Assembly (NCBI GenBank): GCA_021810635.1
Contig: JAJZIH010000011.1
Coordinates: 1,422-65,421, forward strand
Direction of reading: 5' to 3'
DNA: 64,000 bases
From: Pseudomonadota bacterium
GTDB taxonomy: Bacteria > Pseudomonadota > Gammaproteobacteria > JAKAQQ01
Notes under the pieces: model-generated
Seen by the model: only the letters and a program-made list of their open reading frames with translations
What the model was told of the DNA's origin: nothing
Databases searched by the model: none
Made by a program: the position numbers and the translations under genes
Shown here: one piece after another, positions 17,536 to 25,169 of the stretch
How positions within the stretch are numbered: the first letter of the stretch is position 1
Layout of the letters: each line of letters opens with the position of its first letter

Positions 17536-20010
17536 ATGAACGAAAACCGATACGATCCCGAGACCGTCGAGGCCTGGGCACAGTCGCGCTGGCTTGAGGA
17601 GGGGATTTTCGAGATCGACGAGGGCGATCCCCGCCCTCCGTATTACGTCCTGTCCATGTTTCCCTATCCGAGCGGACGGCTGCACATGGGGCATGTCCGC
17701 AACTATACGATCGGGGATGTCATGGCCCGCTACCGGCGCATGAACGGGTTTGCCGTCCTGCAGCCGATGGGTTTCGATGCGTTCGGGCTGCCGGCGGAGA
17801 ATGCGGCCATCCAGAACCGGACCTCTCCCGCCCGCTGGACCGAAAGCAACATCGCCACCATGCGGATTCAGCTCAACCGCCTGGGCTTCGGGTATGACTG
17901 GCGGCGCGAAATCGTGACCTGTCGCCCGGACTATTACCGGTGGGAGCAGTGGCTCTTCACCGAGTTGTACCGCCGGGGACTGGCCTACCGCGAGAAGGCC
18001 TGGGTCAACTGGGACCCGGTGGACCAGACGGTGCTGGCCAACGAGCAGGTCATCGACGGACGCGGTTGGCGTTCCGGGGCACCGGTCGTGCGGCGTGAGG
18101 TGGCGCAATGGTTCATCCGGATCACGGCGTACGCCGAAGAGCTCCTCACGGGTCTCGAATCCCTGACCGGCTGGCCGGAGGAGGTGCGCCAGATGCAGCG
18201 CAACTGGATCGGCCGCTCCCCCGGACTCGAAATCGACTTCGAGAGAATGGACGGGGCCGGATCCATCCGGGTGTTCACGACCCGGGCGGACACGATTTTC
18301 GGGGCGACCTATCTGGCCCTCGCTCCCGAGCACCCCGTGGTGCGGGAGACGGCTGGGCGGGATCGGGCTCTCGCTGATTTCGTGCGGACGATGCAGCAAC
18401 GGGAGATGCGCGAGGCCGCCGTGGAGGTCGCCGACCGGCGGGGGATGCCGCTGCCGCTTTTGGTGAGGCATCCGCTGACCGGCGAGGCCTTGCCCGTGTG
18501 GACCGCGAGTTTCGTTCTGGCGAGCTACGGGACCGGCGCCATCATGGCGGTTCCGGCCCATGACGCGCGCGACCACGAGTTCGCCCTCCGCTATGGCTTG
18601 CCGATCCGCCCGGTCATCCGCCCACCCGGAGCCGAAAGACCGGAGACCCAGGTGCGGGCCCTGACCGAGGAGGGGGTGGTCTTCGCTTCCGGCGGGCTCG
18701 ATGGGCTGACGAGTGCCGAGGCCCGGGAGCGCGTCCGGGAGTGGCTGGAGGGACGGGGGGTCGCACGCGCCGTGGTGCGGTACCGGCTGCGGGACTGGGG
18801 GGTCTCGCGCCAGCGCTACTGGGGCTGTCCGATCCCCATGGTGCACTGTGCCGTCTGCGGAACGGTGCCGGTGCCGGCCTCGGCCCTGCCCGTGCGTTTG
18901 CCGGAGGACGTGGAGTTTTCCGGCGTGAGTTCGCCGCTCACGCGGGATGCGCGCTTCCTGAATACCCCCTGCCCGAACTGCCGACGCCCGGCCCAGCGCG
19001 AGACCGATACCTTCGACACCTTCATGGAATCATCCTGGTATTACGCCCGCTATGCCGCCTACGACTGCCGGGAGGCCATCCTGGATGAGCGGGTCCATCA
19101 CTGGCTGCCGGTCAGCCAGTACGTGGGGGGGGTCGAGCACGCGGTCCTGCACCTGCTCTACGCCCGGTTTTTTCACAAGCTGCTTCGCGATCTCGGCTGG
19201 GTCCAGGGTGACGAGCCCTTTGCGCGGCTGCTCAGCCAGGGGATGGTCCTCAAGGATGGGGTCAAAATGTCGAAGTCGAAAGGCAACGTGGTGGACCCCG
19301 AGGCGATCATCGCGCGGTACGGGGCGGATACGGCCCGGTTCTTCATGATGTTTGCCGCGCCTCCGGACCAGTCGCTCGAATGGTCGGAACAGGGGGTCGA
19401 GGGAGCCGAACGTTACCTGAAGCGCCTGTGGCGCCTGGTCGGCGAGTCGGCGGAAAAGCGTGCGGCCCCTCCGCTCGATCCGGCTGCCCTGTCCGCCGAA
19501 GGCCGCCGGTTATGGCGGAGCCTCCATGGGACGATTGCCGGGGTCAGCCACGATTATGGGGTCCGGGAAACCTTCAATACGGCCATGGCCAAACTCATGG
19601 AGCTGACCCATGCCGCAAGCCGGTTCGAACCCGCGGGCCGGATGGACCGGGTGCTCTACGGCCAGGTCTTGGAGACCCTCCTCGTGCTGCTGCATCCCGT
19701 GGCACCGCATGTCACGGAGGCGCTTTGGACCCGGTTGGGTGGAGCCGGGCTCCTCGCGCTTCACCCCTGGCCCGTGGCGGATCCCCAGGCCCTCGAGAAG
19801 GAGCAATGGGATCTCGTGGTCCAGGTGAACGGGCGGCGGCGGGGAACCGTGTCGGTGGGACGTGACGAGCCCGAATCCGAAATCCGCTCCCGCATCCTGG
19901 CCGACGCCGGTCTGGCCCGTCATATCGATCCGGATGCCGTCGAGCGCTGGGTGATGGTGCGCGGGCGGCTCGTGAACGTGGTGTTGCGCAAGGATCCGGC
20001 CTCCCCGTGA
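17536..20010 (+). CDS. leuS: Leucyl-tRNA synthetase
   Basis: HIGH-type motif (PYPSGRLHMGH) and KMSKS motif. The start MNENRYDP matches the usual LeuS N-terminus. Confidence 0.95.
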   Translation: MNENRYDPETVEAWAQSRWLEEGIFEIDEGDPRPPYYVLSMFPYPSGRLHMGHVRNYTIGDVMARYRRMNGFAVLQPMGFDAFGLPAENAAIQNRTSPARWTESNIATMRIQLNRLGFGYDWRREIVTCRPDYYRWEQWLFTELYRRGLAYREKAWVNWDPVDQTVLANEQVIDGRGWRSGAPVVRREVAQWFIRITAYAEELLTGLESLTGWPEEVRQMQRNWIGRSPGLEIDFERMDGAGSIRVFTTRADTIFGATYLALAPEHPVVRETAGRDRALADFVRTMQQREMREAAVEVADRRGMPLPLLVRHPLTGEALPVWTASFVLASYGTGAIMAVPAHDARDHEFALRYGLPIRPVIRPPGAERPETQVRALTEEGVVFASGGLDGLTSAEARERVREWLEGRGVARAVVRYRLRDWGVSRQRYWGCPIPMVHCAVCGTVPVPASALPVRLPEDVEFSGVSSPLTRDARFLNTPCPNCRRPAQRETDTFDTFMESSWYYARYAAYDCREAILDERVHHWLPVSQYVGGVEHAVLHLLYARFFHKLLRDLGWVQGDEPFARLLSQGMVLKDGVKMSKSKGNVVDPEAIIARYGADTARFFMMFAAPPDQSLEWSEQGVEGAERYLKRLWRLVGESAEKRAAPPLDPAALSAEGRRLWRSLHGTIAGVSHDYGVRETFNTAMAKLMELTHAASRFEPAGRMDRVLYGQVLETLLVLLHPVAPHVTEALWTRLGGAGLLALHPWPVADPQALEKEQWDLVVQVNGRRRGTVSVGRDEPESEIRSRILADAGLARHIDPDAVERWVMVRGRLVNVVLRKDPASP

Positions 20011-20540
20011 ACCGGCGGCGAGGTCTCGTGATCGCTCTCGCGCTCGGCTTGTCCGGCTGCGGGTTCAGCTTGGGAATGCGCCTGCACCTGCCCCGCGGAA
20101 TGAACCCCCTGGCCGTGGTCGTTCCGAATCCCAACGGGCATCTGGCCCTGGCGCTCAGAGAACGGCTCGAGCGTTCGGGAATCACCGTGGTGACCGTCCG
20201 GAAGCCCCATCCGGCGACACTCGTCATCCGGAAGGCCTTCATGCGCTCGCGGATCCTCGCGGTTAACGGCCAGGGCGAACCCGCCGAATACCTGATGAGC
20301 TACCACGTCCGCTTTACTCTGCTCAAGGGCAACCGGACCGTCCTACCCCCGACCACCGTGCGCATCCGGCAGACCTACTTTTATCTGCCCCTGGCCACGC
20401 TGGCCATGACCTCCCAAGCCTACAACCTCACCCGTTCGCTGGAAGCGAAGGCGGCCCGCCTGATCCTCCTGCGCCTTTCGGCCCCGCATCTCCTCCGGCC
20501 CCCCCCCTCCACCCCAAAGCCGCCCGGCCCGCACCCGTGA
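20007..20540 (+). CDS. lptE: LPS-assembly lipoprotein LptE
   Basis: Lipoprotein signal with lipobox LSGC. Its position between leuS and holA is conserved. The GTG overlaps the leuS TGA. Confidence 0.75.
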   Translation: MNRRRGLVIALALGLSGCGFSLGMRLHLPRGMNPLAVVVPNPNGHLALALRERLERSGITVVTVRKPHPATLVIRKAFMRSRILAVNGQGEPAEYLMSYHVRFTLLKGNRTVLPPTTVRIRQTYFYLPLATLAMTSQAYNLTRSLEAKAARLILLRLSAPHLLRPPPSTPKPPGPHP

Positions 20541-21514
20541 AACACACGCCCCGGCAGCTCGAATCGTTCGACCGCTTCGGCGAGAGCCCGTTCTGGCTCA
20601 TCGCCGGCGCTGAACCGGTCCTGGTCGGGGAGACGTGGCGCTGGATCCGGGACCGGATGGAGCGGATGGGCCCTTTCGAACGCCGGATCTTCCGGCCCGA
20701 ACGCGTCCTCGATCCGGCGTTTTTCGACGACTATCGGACGCCCTCGCTTTTTTCGGAGCGGCGGCTTTTCGAACTGCATCTGCCGGGCCCGTCCCTGTCG
20801 GCGGCCGGGGCATCCGGACTCGGGGATCTTCTGGAGCACGCGGTGCCGTCCACCTGGCTGGCCGTCCACGTGCCCAGCCTGGACCGCACGGTCCGCCAGG
20901 GAGCGTTTTACGGACGTTTCGTCTCCCGGGCCCAGGTGGTGGAATGCTGGCCGCCGGATACAGCCCGCTGGGGGACGGAGGTGGAACGACGGGCCCGCGT
21001 GCACGGCGTGGTTTTCGACGCCGACGGCCGGGAGCTTCTGGCTTCGCTGACCGAGGGCAACCTGCTCGGCCTCGAAGCCGCGCTCGAGATCCTCGAGCTT
21101 AACGAACCGGATCGCCCCGTGACGGGAGCCCAGGTGGCTTCCGTTCTCGGGGCCTCTTCCCATTACGGACCCTTTGATCTCGCCGAGGCCGCCTTGAACG
21201 GGAACCCCGGTCAGGTGTTCGAACGGATGCAGGCGATCTTTGGGGCGGCGGCGGAATGGCCACTCGTGCTGGGCACGCTGGTTCACGAAATCCGTGCGGT
21301 GCTGACTTCCCCGGGACCACAGGCGCCGGCCCGTAAACAGGTTGTGTACGAGAAGGCGCGTCGCCGGGGCCGGGCGTTTTGGTACCGAAGGCTGGAGGAA
21401 GCGGCGCGGGTCGATCTCGTGGTCAAGGGCCGCCAGCCCGGCCGCCCCGGCGATGCGCTCCTGACCCTGGCCCTGCACATGAGCGGGGTGCGCGGGATCG
21501 GGGAGCGGACGTGA
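20537..21514 (+). CDS. holA: DNA polymerase III delta subunit
   Basis: Size of 325 aa and conserved position lptE-holA-nadD. N-terminal LIAGAEPVLV-type delta signature. Confidence 0.75.
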   Translation: MKHTPRQLESFDRFGESPFWLIAGAEPVLVGETWRWIRDRMERMGPFERRIFRPERVLDPAFFDDYRTPSLFSERRLFELHLPGPSLSAAGASGLGDLLEHAVPSTWLAVHVPSLDRTVRQGAFYGRFVSRAQVVECWPPDTARWGTEVERRARVHGVVFDADGRELLASLTEGNLLGLEAALEILELNEPDRPVTGAQVASVLGASSHYGPFDLAEAALNGNPGQVFERMQAIFGAAAEWPLVLGTLVHEIRAVLTSPGPQAPARKQVVYEKARRRGRAFWYRRLEEAARVDLVVKGRQPGRPGDALLTLALHMSGVRGIGERT

Positions 21515-22152
21515 AGCACGTCGGCCTCTTCGGCGGCTCATTCGATCCCGTGCACGTCGGCCATCTGCGGGCGGCGCTCGAGGCCGCGGAACACGTGGGC
21601 CTGGACGAGCTGCGCTTCGTTCCCTGTGCCGTCTCGCCCGGGAAACCCCGGCCACACGCGTCCGGCAGTCTCCGGCGGGAATGGCTTCGCCAAGCGATCG
21701 GAGATCGGCCGGGCTGGCAGGTGGACGACCGGGAATTGCGCCGGGGGGGCGTGAGCTATACGGTCGAGACCCTGGCCGAAATCCGGGAGACCGAGCCGGA
21801 CGCGCGCCTGTACTGGATGGTCGGCTCGGATGCCTTTTGCGGGCTGCATGGGTGGCGGGAGGCGGATCGCCTGGGCCGGCTCGCGCACTGGATCGTCCTT
21901 CTCAGGCCCGGGTTCGAAGACCGCCTCCCCCCCCCACAGGCACCCGACTGGTGCCGGAGCGGGACGACGGACGATCCGGCAAAACTGAGGCGGGATCCGG
22001 CCGGAGGCGTCCTTTATCTGCCGGTCACTCCGCTCGGCATCTCCGCCACGGCGGTCCGCGCCCGGATCCGCCGGGGACAGCGCCTCGATTACCTCGTTCC
22101 CGAACCGATCCGGGGCACCCTCGAGCGGGCGGATTGCTATGACCCGCCCTAA
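21511..22152 (+). CDS. nadD: Nicotinate-nucleotide adenylyltransferase
   Basis: The GTG start overlaps the holA TGA. Motif GLFGGSFDPVHVGH (HxGH). Confidence 0.9.
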   Translation: MKHVGLFGGSFDPVHVGHLRAALEAAEHVGLDELRFVPCAVSPGKPRPHASGSLRREWLRQAIGDRPGWQVDDRELRRGGVSYTVETLAEIRETEPDARLYWMVGSDAFCGLHGWREADRLGRLAHWIVLLRPGFEDRLPPPQAPDWCRSGTTDDPAKLRRDPAGGVLYLPVTPLGISATAVRARIRRGQRLDYLVPEPIRGTLERADCYDPP

Positions 22153-22477
22153 AACCTCCTGGCCCCCGGATCCGTGGCTGGACTCGCTCGAGCAGGTCAT
22201 CCGGGACCACCACGGATACGAAATCGTGCGGCTGGATGTCCGGGGACTCACAACCTTGGCCGACCACTTCGTGATCGCGAGCGGAACTTCGGATCGCCAG
22301 CTCCGGACCCTCGCCGCACGGGTCCGCGAGGCGGCCCAGGGGGCTGGGCGACCCATTGTCGGCAGCGAAGGGGAACCCACCGGCGGCTGGGTTCTGGTCG
22401 ATCTCGACGACGTGATCGTCCATCTCATGCTGCCCGATCTCAGGCGGTTCTACCAACTCGAAAAACTGTGGAGCTAG
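22139..22477 (+). CDS. rsfS: Ribosomal silencing factor RsfS
   Basis: DHFVIASGTS...WVLVDLDDVIVHLM...YQLEKLWS. The C-terminus matches the native E. coli RsfS end (ELEKLWS, recalled). Confidence 0.9.
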   Translation: MTRPKTSWPPDPWLDSLEQVIRDHHGYEIVRLDVRGLTTLADHFVIASGTSDRQLRTLAARVREAAQGAGRPIVGSEGEPTGGWVLVDLDDVIVHLMLPDLRRFYQLEKLWS

Positions 22478-23607
22478 TAGAGAGACCCACCAAAGTATTT
22501 ACACTTCAATCCGGATCCCGCACATTTCGGCCAGACCCCACTCGTCAACCCCGGAGGGCGCCATGGCCGACAAGACCCAGAGGACTCCATTGGTTCTGAA
22601 CGATCGGGAAAGACAGAAGATCCAGGGCATTGCCCAATCCCGCACGGCCCTGCTCCGGGACGTGCAACGGGCGAAGATTCTTTTGGCCTATGCCGACCGC
22701 GTTTCGCTGTCCAGCATTGCGATGCCAACCGGAACGACCCGTCCCACGGTGTACAAGTGCATCGACAAAGCCTTGTCCATGGGCTGGGAGGCGGGACTCA
22801 GGGACCTTTTTCACCGTCCGAAAGAACCGACAATGACTCCGGAAGCCAAGGCCTGGGCGGTCTCTTTGGGGGCTTGCAGCCGAGCTCTGGACCCACCAGG
22901 CCCTGGCCCACTACATCCGGACCCATTCCACGGGGGGGAAGCGGGCCACCCGTCCCTGTCCCGGCCGGGTGGCCAAGTGCACCGTCCAGAGGATTCTGGA
23001 CGAACAGGAACTGAAACCCCATCAGGTCCGGTATTACCTTGAACGCTGCGGTCCGGAGTTCGACCGGAAGATGCGGGAGGTTCTCATGGTCTACCGCGAG
23101 GTGTCCCTCGCCCCACCCGGAGGAGATCGGGAGGTCTACACCGTGAGCGTCGACGAGAAGCCGGGGGTCCAGGCCCCGGGAGTCACGGCTCCCGATCGGT
23201 CTCCGGTCCCCGGAACACATCCGGCCGTTTCCCGGGACCCTGAAGATGTCCGGATGGGAACGCTTTCCATTCTGGCCGCCCTGGATCTCCATGACGGCCA
23301 AGTCATCGCCCAGGTCCACGAGCGCCACCGGAGCCGGGAGTTCGTCGAACTCTTGAAGGAACTGGATCGCCATTATCCTCCGGAAGCCCAGATCCGGGTG
23401 ATCCTGGACAACCGCTCCGCCCATGTCTCCCAGGAGACCCGGGCCTTTCTTCGCCCTATCCGGGCGGGCAGCCTGGCGGAGCTCAAGGAACGGATTCTTG
23501 AAGGGGTTCAGGAGATCAACGAGAACCCCGTCGTTCGCCGCTGGAAAATTCCGAAGCCATCGAATCGGATGCTAAAGTGCAACTATTTTAGTGGGTCTTT
23601 CTACGAG
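22474..23607 (+). mobile_element. IS630-family insertion sequence, copy 1 (defective)
   Basis: Imperfect terminal inverted repeats CTAGTAGAGAGACCCACCAAAGTATTTACACTT / CTCGTAGAAAGACCCACTAAAATAGTTGCACTT (right end reverse-complemented). Encodes IS630-type HTH and DDE segments. Boundaries are good to within a few nt. Confidence 0.8.
22563..23607 (+). pseudogene. IS630-family transposase, disrupted by frame changes and an internal deletion
   Basis: Homologous segments alternate between two frames: AKAWAVSLG (A), ELWTHQALAHYIRTHS (B), EAGHPSLSR (A), VAKCTVQRILDE...DEKPGVQA...ILDNRSAHVSQETRAFL (B). The stretch normally between AFL and LRxIR (HGSWLN..E, bearing the catalytic Glu) is missing. There is no stop codon before the IS end. 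Confidence 0.7.
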
Positions 23608-23658
23608 TCTCACCGCCGCCCGCGCCCCGCGAGAGGCCTTTTCATTAACCAACCTCCC

Positions 23659-24087
23659 TCAGCCCGGCACTGCGGGTGCCACCACTTGCTTCGATAGCGC
23701 CTGAAAGTTAACCGTTGGCAATAGATATGGCCCCCAGGGACCTCGACTAGTCACTATCAGTACCATTTCGCGCGCGGCTGAGTAGAGAATTGAGGTCCCA
23801 TTAATACGGAGAAGTTTCTCTTTGTCAGGGTTTGACGGCTCCAAAACGGAAAACTGTCCGACCACCTGGAATGCCACATCATAAGGAAGCGTTCCGGCCC
23901 CGTCAGGCGCCCGTAGGCTACTGATCTCGAGGGTCACACGGTACTTACTCTCAACGCCCTCCACAGGTTCCAGTCCCGCCTGAATTTGCACATTGACCCT
24001 CGGCGCAAGCGACTCCAGTTTGTGCTCGAAATTCGTTTCGACACGCAATTTGGAGAAGACATATTGGTCAAGTTGTAGTAGACCCAT
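23659..24087 (-). CDS. SecB-like chaperone (TAC-type)
   Basis: 142 aa. YRVTLEIS...FQVVGQFSV...NGTSILYSAAREMVLIVTSRGPWGPYLLPTVNFQAL parallels the E. coli SecB core ...YEVVLRVTV...QQGGIFSI...[35 protein letters not shown] (recalled). It starts 7 nt after the antitoxin stop. Confidence 0.75.
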   Translation of the reverse strand: MGLLQLDQYVFSKLRVETNFEHKLESLAPRVNVQIQAGLEPVEGVESKYRVTLEISSLRAPDGAGTLPYDVAFQVVGQFSVLEPSNPDKEKLLRINGTSILYSAAREMVLIVTSRGPWGPYLLPTVNFQALSKQVVAPAVPG

Positions 24088-24094
24088 AAAGAAA

Positions 24095-24625
24095 TTAACC
24101 GTTCAGGACGTTTGGTAGATCATTAAGGTTAGTTGTCTCCATGCGTACATTTTGATTTCGTTTCGGAAATGGAACAATGGAGGCGTGCTGCGGCGTAGAA
24201 ATAGTTGCCTCAATCATGATCTCCTTCTGCCAGTTCCCCATTTCACTACCCACTAAACGCTCGAGTGTCAGCAACTCTTCACTAAAACTCGCCGCTTCTA
24301 GGCCCTGCGGAGTTTTGTCGGCGATCTCAGTAAAGAACTTGGTAAATGGCACCAATTTCACCAATAGAGCGACGTCGAATGCGTTCGCCAACTCTGTGAG
24401 GGTTTTTACGCTCAGGCGCCCATAATCAGGGTCCTCTAGTCGGGACACGGCGTTCTGCCCCTTCCTGAGCCTCCGACCCAGCTCTTCCTGGGTCCAGTGG
24501 CGCTGTTCTCGGAGCGCGCGAATCTGATAAGCAATGCCGGTAGTGACCTCTGCGGTCACATACGCGTCTCGATATTTTTTGCTTTGAAATTTTGCCAACA
24601 GCTTGTCTCTAAAAGACCCAATCAT
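24095..24625 (-). CDS. XRE-family HTH antitoxin (HigA-like) with long C-terminal extension
   Basis: HTH core IRALREQRHWTQEELGRRLRKGQNAVSRLEDPDYGRLSVKTLTELANAFDVALLVKL, resembling M. tuberculosis HigA1. A tail of about 75-80 aa follows the HTH. GGAGGGAG Shine-Dalgarno upstream. It overlaps the toxin gene by 17 nt. Confidence 0.8.
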   Translation of the reverse strand: MIGSFRDKLLAKFQSKKYRDAYVTAEVTTGIAYQIRALREQRHWTQEELGRRLRKGQNAVSRLEDPDYGRLSVKTLTELANAFDVALLVKLVPFTKFFTEIADKTPQGLEAASFSEELLTLERLVGSEMGNWQKEIMIEATISTPQHASIVPFPKRNQNVRMETTNLNDLPNVLNG

Positions 24626-25013
24626 TGGCGCTCCCTCCGGTCGGGTTAGGTTGAGTTCGGTGTGCGTTTAATGCAGACATGTATTTCAGCGCAGATGCGC
24701 AAGCACTTGGCGGTTGGAGTTGGTCACCTCTCTCAATAGCCCCAACCAATAACGTAAATTGATTCGGCCCCGGTCCAAAAAAGCCTAATGGCCGATATTG
24801 TATCTTCTTCGCTTTGAAGCGTATCTCACCGAGACCAGCACATGGTCCATGCAAAAGACTGAAATGAGGCCTCGACCACCCATTCCGGGGCTGCTGTTTC
24901 AAATACAACAATCTGGCATCAAAAACAGCTCTCACGTCTTCGCCCAGGTTGTCGTACCAGTTCTTAAAAGAACTCTCACCATTGGCGGCCACGTAATACT
25001 TAATGATCCACAT
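24609..25013 (-). CDS. HigB/Gp49-like RelE-superfamily toxin
   Basis: 134 aa. MWIIKYYVAANGESSFKNWYDNL...LGEIRFKAKKIQYRPLGFFGPGPNQFTLLVGAIERG fits the Gp49/HigB pattern (W..F...G.. / ELR....YR.L.FF......LL..F.K). It is the first gene of the three-gene operon. Confidence 0.7.
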   Translation of the reverse strand: MWIIKYYVAANGESSFKNWYDNLGEDVRAVFDARLLYLKQQPRNGWSRPHFSLLHGPCAGLGEIRFKAKKIQYRPLGFFGPGPNQFTLLVGAIERGDQLQPPSACASALKYMSALNAHRTQPNPTGGSANDWVF

Positions 25014-25034
25014 TGTATATCATAATCTTGTGAT

Positions 25035-25049
25035 ACGGCAAAGTGCCGT
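25035..25049. promoter_or_regulatory. Palindrome ACGGCA-N3-TGCCGT upstream of the toxin gene; candidate antitoxin operator
   Basis: Perfect 6-bp arms, 22-36 nt upstream of the toxin ATG (25013), next to AT-rich TATGATATA sequence. Confidence 0.3.
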
Positions 25050-25169
25050 CCGTCGGAGGAGGTTGGGGCGCGTACACCTAATCAGCAGAGAGATCAGAAG
25101 CCCTGTCTGCCTGGCGCTAAACAGGCGTGACCCAGCATAAATGTTTCTGATGCCTGCTTCAACCGGGTT

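Noticed and set aside
22932-22938. G7 run as a programmed ribosomal frameshift site for the IS630 transposase
   Set aside because: At least three frame switches plus an internal deletion of the catalytic region would have to be bypassed, which is inconsistent with a single programmed frameshift. I interpret this as decay, unless the run is a sequencing artefact.
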